NCBI GenBank assembly: GCA_036676495.1
Contig: JAKFCT010000080.1
Span: 89,277 to 153,276 of the forward strand
Length of the DNA: 64,000 nucleotides
Direction: 5' to 3'
Source of the DNA: Candidatus Sericytochromatia bacterium
GTDB taxonomy: Bacteria; Cyanobacteriota; Sericytochromatia; S15B-MN24; UBA4093
The notes under the pieces: generated by a model
Seen by the model: the letters and a program-made list of their open reading frames with translations, nothing else
The model's database searches: none
Told to the model about the DNA's origin: nothing
Program-made: the position numbers and the translations under genes
Part shown: positions 1 through 9,467 of the stretch, one piece after another
How the letters are laid out: each line of letters begins with the position of its first letter
Position numbering within the stretch: position 1 is the first letter of the stretch

Positions 1-784
1 TGGCCTTGATCTGGCGGGTCTGTGGGTCGACCGAAGGGCTGACCTCGCGGATCTTGCCGGTGAAGATCTCCCCAGGGAAGGCGGCCGACTCGACCTGCAC
101 GGGAGCGCCGACCCTCAGGTGGGCCATCTCCTGCTCGGGCACGTTGACCTGCAGCTCCAGGGGGCCCGCCTCGGCGATGGTGAAGAGCGGGTTGCTGGGC
201 ATGGCCATGACGCCGATCTCGGCGGCCCGGTCGATCACGACGCCCGAGATGGGAGAGGTGACCGTGGCGTTCTCCCGCTGGGTTTCGAGCAGGCGAATGG
301 CGGCCTTGATCTGCTTGGTCTGAGCTTCCGCGACCTTTAGCTGGGTGAGAGCGCCCTCGTACTGCTGCTGGCTCACCGCGCCCTGGTCCACCAGGGTCCG
401 CATGCGATCCAGGTTGCTCTTGGCATTCTCGAGGTTGGCCTGAGCCGTGAGAAGGGAGGCCTTCTGCTGCTGCATCTGCCATTCCATCTCGGGGCTCTCG
501 ATCTGGGCGAGGGTCTGACCCGCCTTCACGGCGGATCCTTCGTCCACCATTACCGCGAGGACCCGCCCGGAGAGCTTGGGCAGGATCTTGACCTCGGAGC
601 GGGCGGCGATGTTGCCTTCGACCACCAGCGGCCGGGAGATCTGGCCCTGCTCCGCGGAGACGACGGCGACCGAGACGGCCTGCTCCTGCACCTTATCGGC
701 GTTCGAGTTTTTGGACTCCCCCTTTTGGCAACCGACGACGCCGATCACCAGCAGCGGGACGAGACCCCAAGCGATACGCTTCAC
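1..784 (-). CDS. RND efflux periplasmic adaptor (membrane fusion) lipoprotein; 3' end runs off the window
   Basis: Manual translation from GTG at 784 gives MKRIAWGLVPLLVIGVVGC (lipobox), then EVKILPKLSGRVLAVMVDEGSAVKAGQTLAQI, the HlyD/AcrA lipoyl-hairpin motif. GTGA overlap with the tolC-like stop. Absent from the ORF track because it is truncated. Confidence 0.9.
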   Translation of the reverse strand, partial: MKRIAWGLVPLLVIGVVGCQKGESKNSNADKVQEQAVSVAVVSAEQGQISRPLVVEGNIAARSEVKILPKLSGRVLAVMVDEGSAVKAGQTLAQIESPEMEWQMQQQKASLLTAQANLENAKSNLDRMRTLVDQGAVSQQQYEGALTQLKVAEAQTKQIKAAIRLLETQRENATVTSPISGVVIDRAAEIGVMAMPSNPLFTIAEAGPLELQVNVPEQEMAHLRVGAPVQVESAAFPGEIFTGKIREVSPSVDPQTRQIKA

Positions 785-2265
785 GACTCGCTTCCTTTCT
801 TGGCTAACACGGTTTGGAGCTCCAGACCGAGGGCCTGAGTCACCCGCAATTCCGCGGCTTGGACATCATACTGAGCCTGCACCAGATTGCTTTGCGCCTG
901 GGCAAGGGAGGTTTGGGCATCGATCACTTCGAGACCGGTGCCCACTCCGGCCTGAAACCGGACCTGGGCGAGACGGTAGCCTTCGGCGGCGGCGGCGACC
1001 CCTTGCTGGGCGATCGCCACCCGATCGACGGCCTCGGATCGCGCGGAGAGGGCGTTCTGGATGTCCAGCGCCACCTGCCGACGCACCGATTCCAGCTGCT
1101 GGCGATCCTTGGCGACTTCCGCCTCGGCCTGCGCGATCTTGGCCTGGGTCTGGTTGCCGTTGAGCAAGGTCCAGCTCATCGAGGCGCCCAGCAGGTAATA
1201 GCTGGACCCGCCGGGCTGGTACGAGTACTGCCCGATCCCCGCCACCGTGGGCAGGTAGGCCCGGCTCTGGAGGGTCACGTTGGTCTCGTCCATCTCCTGC
1301 TTGAGGCCCACCTGCTGGACTTCCAGGCGGCTGGCGATCGCCGTTTCATACGTCGCGGCGCTCACCTGAGCTCTTGGCAACGCCACGTTCCGCTCCAGCG
1401 GGACGTTCATGGCGGAGGTGCCCAGGGCCGTGCCCAGGGCGAGGCGCGCGAGCTCGACGCCGTTCTGGGCGCGCGAGAACTGGCCTTGCGTGTTGGCAAG
1501 CTGGGTCTGCGCCTGCAGGACCTCGAAACGGGTTCCGACGCCGCTGCGCTCCCGGATCTGCGCCTGCTCGACATGGGCGCGGGCCTGCTCCAGCGCCGCG
1601 CGCGAGACGTCCAGCAGGCTTTCGGCCCTGAGGACTCCGACGTAGGCGTTGGCGGCCTCGAACTGCGCCCGCCGGCGGGCGTTGACGATCTCGATGCGGG
1701 CCAGATCCAGGCTGACGTCGGCCATCTGGAGGCCGTCGCGGGTCCGGAAGGCATCGAACAAGACCTGGTTGGCGCTCAGCTGGACCTGGGCCATGGTGCT
1801 GCCACCCCCGCCGAGGCCGCCCAGCCCGCCGAGGCCTCCCAGGCCACCGAGCCCGCCGAGGCCGCCCAGGCTGCTCATGCCGCCGAGGCCTCCCATGCTC
1901 AGCATGTTGGCGCTGCCGCCGCTGCCGAGCATCTGGAAGCTGAAAGCGCTGGTGCTGAGGCTGAGCTGGGGGAAGGCTCCGCCCGTGAGCTCTCCGATGC
2001 GGGCTTCCGCCCCTTGCAGGCCGGCTTCCGCGGAGCGGACGGAGGGAGCGTTGATCTCGGCGATCCGGATGGCGTCGGCGAGGCTCATGCGCTCCTGGGC
2101 CAGCGCCGCGTCTCCCAGGGAGAGGACGCCGAGCGGGCTCAAACACAGAGCATCTAACAAAACCAGGCATGTTACGACCAGTGGCCGCCGACGGCGGCTC
2201 GAAGGAACAGTTTTGTCAGACGCTCTGAGGGCCGTGAGGCCCGAGAGGAGGATCCGTCGGGTCAT
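781..2265 (-). CDS. TolC-family outer membrane efflux protein
   Basis: OEP repeats (MSLADAIRIAEINAP; RFQAGVGTGLEVIDAQ; LVQAQYD), adjacent to the adaptor gene. Carries a (GGL)n insertion. True start may be downstream. Confidence 0.9.
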   Translation of the reverse strand: MTRRILLSGLTALRASDKTVPSSRRRRPLVVTCLVLLDALCLSPLGVLSLGDAALAQERMSLADAIRIAEINAPSVRSAEAGLQGAEARIGELTGGAFPQLSLSTSAFSFQMLGSGGSANMLSMGGLGGMSSLGGLGGLGGLGGLGGLGGLGGGGSTMAQVQLSANQVLFDAFRTRDGLQMADVSLDLARIEIVNARRRAQFEAANAYVGVLRAESLLDVSRAALEQARAHVEQAQIRERSGVGTRFEVLQAQTQLANTQGQFSRAQNGVELARLALGTALGTSAMNVPLERNVALPRAQVSAATYETAIASRLEVQQVGLKQEMDETNVTLQSRAYLPTVAGIGQYSYQPGGSSYYLLGASMSWTLLNGNQTQAKIAQAEAEVAKDRQQLESVRRQVALDIQNALSARSEAVDRVAIAQQGVAAAAEGYRLAQVRFQAGVGTGLEVIDAQTSLAQAQSNLVQAQYDVQAAELRVTQALGLELQTVLAKKGSES

Positions 2266-3290
2266 TTACCTTCCTCCGTGCGCTCGGGACGGTACGTGAC
2301 GCCGAGGCCCCAGATGTCCGAGGTCTCCTGGAAGCCGCCGTTGCTCCAGCGCTGGGTGGCGTAGCTCAGCTCCGCCCGGACCACGGGGGTCACGCGGAAG
2401 CCGATTCCCGCCTTCAGATCGACGCGCTGGGGCGAGCCGACGCCGTAGGGCGCGTTCTGGAGGGTGGTGGTGGTCCAGGGGTACCATGCGCCCTCGCCCA
2501 GCAGCTCGAACCGGCCCAGGGAGACGATCCCAGGGATGACGAGGCCGACGCCCCGGCGGGTGTGGGTGAAGTCGAGGACGGTCCCGGAGTAGGGGACGCC
2601 GGAGTTGCCGGCCGTGACGTTCTGCTGGAAGACCGAGAGGCTGGGTGCGATCTCCATGATCGGGTTGCTGAAGACGAGGCCGCCGCGCAGCTTCACGTCG
2701 GTCACCTCGGGGGTGGCGACCGAGGAGGAGGTCGTCGTGTTGGGCAGCGTCATCGGAACCTTGTAGCGGGAGGCTTCGAGGCCGATCAGGGCGTTGCCGG
2801 CGCGAAGCTGGCCATGGCCGAAGAGCGCATTGTCGATCCAGCCCTCGACGGCCTGGCTGCCCTGGCTCAGGCGCAGGTTCTGCAGCTGATAGGCGATGCC
2901 CACCTGGGTGTCCATGAGCGGGATCCGGGGGGTGACGCGCTCGGGCACGACCGGGGTGTAGGTCGGCTGATAGGTGGGGATCAGCTCGAGCTGGACGGGG
3001 CGGTTGAGGGCGTCGACGGGGACGATCTTGGACTGGTAGCCGACCGCGCTGAGCTCGACGGCGCGCCGGCCGTTGGCATCCAGCACGATCGTGAAGCGGC
3101 CCTGCTCATCGGTGAAGGCCGTGGCGAGCGAACCCTGCTGCTGGACGAAGACCTGCGAGAGGGGCTGGCCCTTCTCGCCGACGACGCGGCCGGCGGTCCG
3201 GGTCTGGGCGTCCGCGGGAGCCTGGAGCAGGATCGGGCTTGCGAGGGCCGACAGGAGGAGGGCGGCGGGGATGAAGCGATTTCCGTGCAT
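2262..3290 (-). CDS. Secreted protein with carboxypeptidase regulatory-like N-terminal domain and probable outer-membrane beta-barrel
   Basis: Signal peptide; GRVVGEKGQPL...TDEQGRF...SAVGY motif; amphipathic beta-strands ending WGLGVTYR. Confidence 0.7.
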   Translation of the reverse strand: MHGNRFIPAALLLSALASPILLQAPADAQTRTAGRVVGEKGQPLSQVFVQQQGSLATAFTDEQGRFTIVLDANGRRAVELSAVGYQSKIVPVDALNRPVQLELIPTYQPTYTPVVPERVTPRIPLMDTQVGIAYQLQNLRLSQGSQAVEGWIDNALFGHGQLRAGNALIGLEASRYKVPMTLPNTTTSSSVATPEVTDVKLRGGLVFSNPIMEIAPSLSVFQQNVTAGNSGVPYSGTVLDFTHTRRGVGLVIPGIVSLGRFELLGEGAWYPWTTTTLQNAPYGVGSPQRVDLKAGIGFRVTPVVRAELSYATQRWSNGGFQETSDIWGLGVTYRPERTEEGK

Positions 3291-3316
3291 GCGTGTTTGT
3301 CCTTACTGCGTCCGCG

Positions 3317-3718
3317 CTAGGGGGCCGACGTGATAGCGACCTTGACCACCTGGCTCTTGGAGCGGTCGAGGATGAAGACGAAATTCTGCGTGCCATTCAG
3401 ATCCGGATCCAGGCCCATGCCCTGGGGCACGGGGGCGGTGACGCCTTCGGCGGGAGCCGTGACCTTGGTCATGGGGACGGGGTTGCTGCCGAGGAGGATC
3501 TTCAGGCTGGAGGCCTGCTTCATCTCGTCCGTCAGGGTGGCCTGCGGGAAGAACAGGGTCATGGCCCCCGTCGGGGCGACGGTCAGCGTCGCGGGGACGG
3601 TGGAGATCTTGCTTTCCGTGGCCGGGTTGGCGATCAGCGAGGCCTGGGAGTCGCAGCCTGCCAGGAGCCCTGTAGAGACGAGGGCACCCGCGAGGAGGAG
3701 CGGTGCAATGCGTTTCAT
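3317..3718 (-). CDS. Small hypothetical lipoprotein (133 aa)
   Basis: Start reassigned to ATG 3718 (ATGA overlap with the merR stop); MKRIAPLLLAGALVSTGLLAGC lipobox. Confidence 0.75.
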   Translation of the reverse strand: MKRIAPLLLAGALVSTGLLAGCDSQASLIANPATESKISTVPATLTVAPTGAMTLFFPQATLTDEMKQASSLKILLGSNPVPMTKVTAPAEGVTAPVPQGMGLDPDLNGTQNFVFILDRSKSQVVKVAITSAP

Positions 3719-4527
3719 GATTTCTTCGCTTTCTGGGTGTTCTTGGCTACTGCCGTTTGGAACTCGTGTTCCCGCGTGAGGCGTTCCCCCACGGCGAGAT
3801 AGGCTTGATGGTAGATGATGCGCATCAGCTCCTGGCCCAGCTCGTTGAGGACCTTGACCTTGGAGGCTTGCTGCTGGGGCGGGATCTGGGTGTAAAGCTT
3901 GTCGAAGTAGTAGCGGTACTGCAATTCGACCAGTTGGTTGGTCAACTCGCAGGCTTCGCGGAAATCCTCGGGGGCGATCCCGTAGGGGGAGAGCTCCTGG
4001 AAAATTTCGGCGACCCGGAGGCCGTCCTCGTCGAAGCGGGGTTCGCCGCGCTGCGGCTCGCCGCTTTGCGGATCGCCGCCGTGCGACGCTTCGATGCAGG
4101 GGGGCGCGGGAGGGACGTGGACCGGGCGGAGGGCGCCGGCTTCCTGGAGGGCCGTCAGGGTCTGGGGGGAGAGGCCGGTCCGGGCGGCGAGCTCGTCCTG
4201 GGTCAGGGGCTCGAAGGTGGGGTCGTAGCGCAGCGGGCGGTAGAAGCTCTCGTTGAACTCGGCGATCGCCGCCAGCTCCTCGGTGGAGTGGACCGACTGG
4301 CAGAGCTTGCGAATCTTCTCCAGCGGCATGTAGCGCTGGGTCTGAAGCTGCTTGATGATCCGGATGCGGCTCAGGTCGTCCTCGGTGAAGACGCGATGTC
4401 CGCCGGGCGTTCGGCGCGAGGAAATCAGCCCCATCTTCTCCCAGAAGCGCAGGGTGGATTCCGTCACGTCGCAATCCGGATGGAGGAGGCGCACGACTTC
4501 GCCGATGGAGTACGTAATCTCAGCCAT
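3715..4527 (-). CDS. MerR-family transcriptional regulator with a second, degenerate HTH-like domain
   Basis: YSIGEV...TLRFWEKMGLI...RTPGGHRVFTEDDL; second region LTQDELAARTGLS...LQEAGAL. Confidence 0.9.
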   Translation of the reverse strand: MAEITYSIGEVVRLLHPDCDVTESTLRFWEKMGLISSRRTPGGHRVFTEDDLSRIRIIKQLQTQRYMPLEKIRKLCQSVHSTEELAAIAEFNESFYRPLRYDPTFEPLTQDELAARTGLSPQTLTALQEAGALRPVHVPPAPPCIEASHGGDPQSGEPQRGEPRFDEDGLRVAEIFQELSPYGIAPEDFREACELTNQLVELQYRYYFDKLYTQIPPQQQASKVKVLNELGQELMRIIYHQAYLAVGERLTREHEFQTAVAKNTQKAKKS

Positions 4528-4539
4528 GGAACCTAAAGT

Positions 4540-4592
4540 TGAAGTGGAAGTTCAGACTCATTAACGCTAGCACCGGGGGGCAAGAGCGTCAA
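4540..4592 (-). promoter_or_regulatory. Sigma70-type promoter of the merR operon plus candidate operator
   Basis: Minus strand TTGACG-17 bp-TAGCGT with TG extension; imperfect inverted repeat TGAAGT-GGA-AGTTCA at 4540-4554, downstream of the -10. Confidence 0.55.
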
Positions 4593-4772
4593 GCTCCCGA
4601 ACCTGTCAGCATGCGGGGAGAGGGCGATCCGGAGTCCCGGGTCGGGGCGTCCGTCGCTTCAGCTTAGTTCGGGATTGTTTCGGTAGTTTTTCGGTAGCTT
4701 CCGCGGCGCGAAATCCGGCTCAAACGACGCGCGCCCCCCGTGACGCATCACGGAGGGCCAGGCGGGGCCGGA

Positions 4773-5990
4773 TCAGGGCGTGGAGTCGGGGCCGGGGGTC
4801 TGGAGCGTGCCCGTCCGTCGTTTCGGGGCCGTCACCACCATGAGGACCACGCCGACGCCGGTGAAGAGCGCCAGGGCCGAGACGTAGAAGGGAAGGGAGA
4901 CCTGCAGGGCGTAGAGGACGCCGGCGAGCATCGGTCCCAGCACGCGCGCCAGGCTGTCGAAGGAGCTCATCATCCCGAGCGCCGCCCCTTGGGCCGAACC
5001 GGCCCCCTTGGAGATGCCGCTGGAGATGGCGGGGCGCAGGACGCCGTGGGCGATGCCCATGATGGCGAGGATGCAGGCGAAGGCGAAGGCCGATGCGCTG
5101 GTCGCGCTGATCGAGAGCATGGTGAGGGCCATGAGCCCCAGGCCGAGGGCGAGGACCAGCCGTTCTCCCGACTGGGTGATCAGGCGTCCGACCAGGCCAC
5201 CCTGGACGAGCGCCGAGACCAGCCCCATGACGGCCAGCAGCATGCCGACCGTGCGGGCGCTCGCCTGGGGATCGAGAAAGAGGCGATCCTGCACGAAGAG
5301 CGCGAAGACCGTCTCGAAGCCGGCGAAGGCGAAGGTGGAGAGGAAGGTGACGGTCAGCAGGCCCCAGGCGGCCTTCGGGGTTTCCCGGAGGTTCTGGAAG
5401 AAGCCGGCGCGGGCCGGAGCGGGGGCGTCGGAGTCGCGGCGGGGCAGCGACTCGGGAAGCATCACGAAGGCGAGGAGCGCCGCCAGGAGGGCGATGCCGG
5501 AAGCCGCGAAGAAGGGGACGGAGAGGCCGTAGTGGCCGAGCCACCCGCCAATCGCCGGCCCGAAGACCATGCCGAGTCCCATGGCGGCTCCGACCACGCC
5601 CATGCCCTTGGCCCGGTTCTCCTCGGTGGTCAGGTCGGAGACGGTCGCGAAGGCCGCCGGCAGGGCCGCCGCCGACAGCAGGCCGCCCAGCGCGCGGGAC
5701 GCCATCAGGCCGACGAGGCTATTCGAGAGGCCGAACCAGAGGAAGGAGATGGCGAAGCCGAGCAGTCCGAGGATCAGGAACGGCTTGCGGCCGTAGCGAT
5801 CCGAGAGCCGCCCCCAGAATGGAGCAATCAGGAACTGCGCGAGCGAGTAGGAGGCCATCATGGCCCCGATGAAGACGGCATCGCCATGAAGGGTGCGGGC
5901 GTAGTAGGGCATGGCGGGGATGACCACGCCGAAGCCCATCATCACCGTGAAGATCGCGATGAAGAGGACGAAGAGCGGCTTACGTGACAC
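4773..5990 (-). CDS. MFS transporter, TetA/DHA1 family
   Basis: Motif A GRLSDRYGRK, motif C GMVFGPAIGG, about 12 hydrophobic segments. Confidence 0.92.
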   Translation of the reverse strand: MSRKPLFVLFIAIFTVMMGFGVVIPAMPYYARTLHGDAVFIGAMMASYSLAQFLIAPFWGRLSDRYGRKPFLILGLLGFAISFLWFGLSNSLVGLMASRALGGLLSAAALPAAFATVSDLTTEENRAKGMGVVGAAMGLGMVFGPAIGGWLGHYGLSVPFFAASGIALLAALLAFVMLPESLPRRDSDAPAPARAGFFQNLRETPKAAWGLLTVTFLSTFAFAGFETVFALFVQDRLFLDPQASARTVGMLLAVMGLVSALVQGGLVGRLITQSGERLVLALGLGLMALTMLSISATSASAFAFACILAIMGIAHGVLRPAISSGISKGAGSAQGAALGMMSSFDSLARVLGPMLAGVLYALQVSLPFYVSALALFTGVGVVLMVVTAPKRRTGTLQTPGPDSTP

Positions 5991-6212
5991 GGAAACTCCT
6001 GATGCATGGAGCCGCAGGCGCCAGGGGGCTGCGGGGGCTGGAAAAAAGGCGTCCTCACCCTAACAAAGATCCGGGGGGGCGTCAAATCCGGGCGTGGCTT
6101 CCGGCGCGCGCCCGGAGGCCCGGATCGGCGAAAGCGATCGGGTCGGGGGGCCGAATTGGGGTGCTCGAATTCGCTGGGGGTGCTAAGATGGAAGAAGTAG
6201 AGTGGAGGCCCC

Positions 6213-6722
6213 GTGTCCAAGGTCAAGCATCAGGTTTCATCCGGTGGAGTCATCTTCCGCCAGCACAACGGCAAAGTCGAGATCGGTCTCATCGCCCTGC
6301 GGGGGGGACGCATCTGGGCCCTGCCCAAAGGCCGTCTCGAGGAGGGGGAAACCCTCGAGCAGGCGGCTTGCCGCGAAGTCATGGAAGAGACCGGCCTGAT
6401 CGGCGAGGTGCTTCAGCGGATCGGCGAGATTTCCTACTGGTTCTACGCCAAGGAAGAAGGCGTCAAGATCCACAAGACCGTCCACTTCTACCTGATTCGC
6501 CACCTCCGGGGCGAAACCTCCAACGATTCCTGGGAGGTGGACGAGGCCCGCTGGTGGCCGCTGGACGAGGCCCTCAAGGTCCTTACCTACAAGTCCGAGC
6601 GTGAAACCGTCGAGCGTGGCGCCGAGATGATTCGCGCGCTCGGGGAGATGCCCCCCGGGGCGTTGCCTCCTGAGGCCGCGCCTCCGGCCATGCCGCCGGC
6701 CAAGCCGGAAGCCTCCTTCTAG
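6213..6722 (+). CDS. Nudix hydrolase (MutT/Ap4A hydrolase-like)
   Basis: Nudix box GRLEEGETLEQAACREVMEETGL preceded by WALPK; GGAGG RBS. Confidence 0.9.
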   Translation: MSKVKHQVSSGGVIFRQHNGKVEIGLIALRGGRIWALPKGRLEEGETLEQAACREVMEETGLIGEVLQRIGEISYWFYAKEEGVKIHKTVHFYLIRHLRGETSNDSWEVDEARWWPLDEALKVLTYKSERETVERGAEMIRALGEMPPGALPPEAAPPAMPPAKPEASF

Positions 6723-6762
6723 AGCCGGGCCGCCGGTCCTCAGGCTCGCCGGCCCGCCGGTC

Positions 6763-7815
6763 CTACCCTACGAGAACTCCGCCCCCCAAGAGCAGGTCGC
6801 CCTGATAGAAGGCGGCGACCTGTCCCGGCGTGACCGCGAAGATCGGCTCCTCGAACTCCAAACGGACGCGATCCCCGTCCAGGGGCACGAGCTGGGCCGG
6901 CATCGCCGTGGAGCGGTAGCGCACTTGCGCCGAGACCCGCAGCGGCTCGCTGGGGCGGGCGATCGAGACCCAGCGGACGTCCCGGACCGTGGCGGCCTGG
7001 TCATGCGCGGCGTCGATCGGGCCCACGACCACGGTGTTGGTGGCGGCGTCGATGCGGACCACGTAGAGGGGATGCGGGTGCGCGATGCCGAGTCCGCGGC
7101 GCTGTCCGACGGTGTAGTAGGCGATGCCCTGGTGCTGGCCGAGCGTCTTGCCGGAGACGTCGACGATGGGCCCCGGAGCGAGCTGGGAGCCGATGCGATC
7201 CTCGAGGAACTTGCGGGTATCCCCTGCGGCGAAGCAAATGTCCTGGCTATCGGGTTTGCGAGAGACCTCGAGGCCGATGTCGCGGGCGATCGCCCGGACC
7301 TCTTCCTTGGTCTTGTCGCCCAGGGGGAAGAGGCAGCGTTCGAGCTGCTCCTGGCGCAGGCGGTAGAGCATGTAGGACTGGTCCTTGGTGGGATCCAGGC
7401 CGCGCAGCAGCTGCCAGCGGTTCGACTCGGGATCGAAACGGTTGCGGGCGTAGTGGCCCGAGGCGATGGCCTCCACGTCGTAGCGCCAGGCGGCTTCCTC
7501 GAAGAGCTCCTCGAAGCGGACCTCGGAGTTGCAGATGGTGCAGACGTTGGGGGTGATGCCTTGCTTGTAGCCTTCGGTGAAGGCGTCGATGACCTTTTCC
7601 TTGAAGGACTGCAGGACGTCGATGGTGTGGTAGGGGAAGCCGAGTTGCTTGGCGATGCGGGCGGCGTCGAAGACGGACTTCATGTCGCAGCAGCGCGATT
7701 CGGGGAAGTTGAGGGAGGTGACTCCCACCAGGTCGTACCCCTGGGATTGCAGTAGATAGGCGGCCACCCCGGAGTCGACTCCCCCGGAGAGGGCCATGGC
7801 CACGCGCTTTGGCAC
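6763..7815 (-). CDS. mnmA: tRNA 2-thiouridine(34) synthase
   Basis: SGGVDS PP-loop, TPNVCTICN, KDQSY, SQDICF, YTVGQRRG, TPGQ; start set at GTG 7815 after GGGAGGG. Confidence 0.95.
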   Translation of the reverse strand: MPKRVAMALSGGVDSGVAAYLLQSQGYDLVGVTSLNFPESRCCDMKSVFDAARIAKQLGFPYHTIDVLQSFKEKVIDAFTEGYKQGITPNVCTICNSEVRFEELFEEAAWRYDVEAIASGHYARNRFDPESNRWQLLRGLDPTKDQSYMLYRLRQEQLERCLFPLGDKTKEEVRAIARDIGLEVSRKPDSQDICFAAGDTRKFLEDRIGSQLAPGPIVDVSGKTLGQHQGIAYYTVGQRRGLGIAHPHPLYVVRIDAATNTVVVGPIDAAHDQAATVRDVRWVSIARPSEPLRVSAQVRYRSTAMPAQLVPLDGDRVRLEFEEPIFAVTPGQVAAFYQGDLLLGGGVLVG

Positions 7816-7872
7816 GGATCGTCCCTCCCTTTCACTGGAATGGTCCAGTTTACCGCGCATGGCCGCAACGCG

Positions 7873-7901
7873 AAAGGGCCGCCGGGAATTCCCGGCGGCC
7901 C
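7873..7901 (-). terminator. Intrinsic terminator of Tyr-rich lipoprotein 1
   Basis: Perfect palindrome GGGCCGCCGGGAATTCCCGGCGGCCC followed by TTT on the minus strand. Confidence 0.75.
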
Positions 7902-7914
7902 CAGCGCGTGGGAT

Positions 7915-8463
7915 CTAGTAGCCCCAACCGTAGGCGTACGGCCAGTAGTTGTAGCCGTAGCGGTAGAAGAACGGGTAGTAGGAGTACGAGTAGTAGGGAT
8001 AGTAGTACGGGTAGTAGAAGCCGGTGTTGTAGTAGTACGGGAAGTAGAAGTTACGGAACGGGAAGAACGAGAAGCTGCGGAAGCGGCTGCGGAAGAACGG
8101 CGAGAAGCCTCTGCGGAAGAAGAAGCGGCTGCGACGCCACTGCTGAATATCGGAGTCGGATCCCTGGTCCATGACTTCATTGGGATTGAGCTTGACGAGC
8201 ATCTTGGCGGCATCGGCTTCCGAGATGCGCGCGGGCAACTGCTTGCGGATTTCGTCGAAGCTCATGGCCTTGCCATCGACCATGATCTGGCGTTCACCGG
8301 AGACAAGGCTATCCGGGGCAGCGTCTCCACCGGGGACGCTCTGAGCTTGCGGGATCACGGCAGGAGCCTGGGTCGAGGCAATGGGCATGCTGCTCGAGCA
8401 GCCAAGGGTCCCACCGATCAGCCCTGTGGTCAAAGCTAGACCGAGCCATCGCTTCGCGCTCAT
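7915..8463 (-). CDS. Lipoprotein paralog 1: conserved N-domain plus Arg/Phe/Tyr-rich tail
   Basis: Lipobox TLGC; core IMVDGKAMSFDEIRKQLPARISEADAAKMLVKL; tail begins after DIQQ; GGAGGT RBS. Confidence 0.88.
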   Translation of the reverse strand: MSAKRWLGLALTTGLIGGTLGCSSSMPIASTQAPAVIPQAQSVPGGDAAPDSLVSGERQIMVDGKAMSFDEIRKQLPARISEADAAKMLVKLNPNEVMDQGSDSDIQQWRRSRFFFRRGFSPFFRSRFRSFSFFPFRNFYFPYYYNTGFYYPYYYPYYSYSYYPFFYRYGYNYWPYAYGWGY

Positions 8464-8551
8464 GCGATAAGTACCTCCCTTATCGGTCGCGGACGAGGTT
8501 TCGCCCGACTCCGGGCGCCGCCTTCGTGACGCGCCATCGACTACGCTTCAT

Positions 8552-8641
8552 AGGCTACCCTTGACCATGGATTCGGGCAACGCTCCCTCAGCTGGCCTGA
8601 AGGGGGGTGGGGCGGTCGCGCCAAACCCCTGCCGTTACGCC
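8552..8641 (-). promoter_or_regulatory. Promoter of paralog 1 (TTGCCC-17-TAGCCT) plus conserved upstream block
   Basis: Same -35/-10 pattern before all three paralogs; 8577-8641 matches 9579-9643 at 48/65 positions without gaps (hand count). Confidence 0.65.
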
Positions 8642-8762
8642 CCATGCTCCGATGACGCGGGGGCGTCGGCACGGGGGGCGGCCTTCCGTTCGGGCAGCGC
8701 CGACAAAAATCCTCGGCATCTTGGCCATGGGGGGGAGAGGCGCGCGGGAGGTGGAGAAACGG

Positions 8763-8795
8763 AAAAAGGGGTCGTCGGGATTTCCCGACGACCCC
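8763..8795 (-). terminator. Intrinsic terminator of paralog 2
   Basis: GGGGTCGTCGGGAAATCCCGACGACCCC hairpin followed by TTTTT on the minus strand. Confidence 0.85.
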
Positions 8796-8807
8796 AGGAC
8801 GTTTGGA

Positions 8808-9467
8808 TTACCAGCAGCCGCCGTAGCCGCCGAAGCCGCCGTAGCCCAAGCCGTAGCCGCCGTAGCCGCCGTAGCCCAGGCCGCCCAGGCCGCAACCGTA
8901 GGTATAGGGGAAGTAGCTGCCGCCGTAGCCGTAGAGGTAGGGCGAGCAGAGGGTGTTGGCGAAGTTGTAGGAGTACGGGTAGTAGTAGCCCGCGTTGTAG
9001 TAGTACGGGAAGTAGTAGCTGGAATAGGGGAAGAATCCGAGGCCGCCGAAGCCCAGACCGCGACCGAAGCCCAAGAAGCGACTGCGGAAGCCCAGGCCGC
9101 CGTGGAAGCCGCGCCCGATGAAGCCGCGACCGCCAAAGCGCCCGCGCCACTGCTGGGTATCGTAGTCACCGTCCTTGGCCACCTTATCCATGTCGAGCTT
9201 GACCAGCATCTTGGCGGCGTCGGCCGCGGAGATGCGGGCGGGCAACTGCTTGCGGATCTCTTCCATGGTCATCGCCTTGCCGTTGACCATGGTCTGGAAG
9301 TTATCGACCAAGAGCTGGTCGGGGGCGACATCGCCGTTCGCCACGGCTTGCACCTGCGGGATCTCGGGAGTTTGCGCGGCAGGGACGTTCGGAACGTTCT
9401 GCGCGCAACCGACCGTGCCCATGAGACTCGTTGCCAGGGCCAGGGTCAAAATCCGAGTCGCTTTCAT
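8808..9467 (-). CDS. Lipoprotein paralog 2 (219 aa): conserved N-domain plus Gly/Arg/Phe/Tyr-rich tail
   Basis: Start reassigned to ATG 9467 (AGGAGGT RBS); MKATRILTLALATSLMGTVGC lipobox; core EEIRKQLPARISAADAAKMLVKL; tail begins after DTQQ. Confidence 0.88.
   Translation of the reverse strand: MKATRILTLALATSLMGTVGCAQNVPNVPAAQTPEIPQVQAVANGDVAPDQLLVDNFQTMVNGKAMTMEEIRKQLPARISAADAAKMLVKLDMDKVAKDGDYDTQQWRGRFGGRGFIGRGFHGGLGFRSRFLGFGRGLGFGGLGFFPYSSYYFPYYYNAGYYYPYSYNFANTLCSPYLYGYGGSYFPYTYGCGLGGLGYGGYGGYGLGYGGFGGYGGCW

Noticed and set aside
8570-8600. Sigma54 or sigma28 promoter in the conserved upstream element
   Set aside because: GG-N10-GC spacing is not met at the conserved TTGC, and no TAAA lies 15 bp before GCCGATGA in copy 3. 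A sigma70-like reading fits all three copies.
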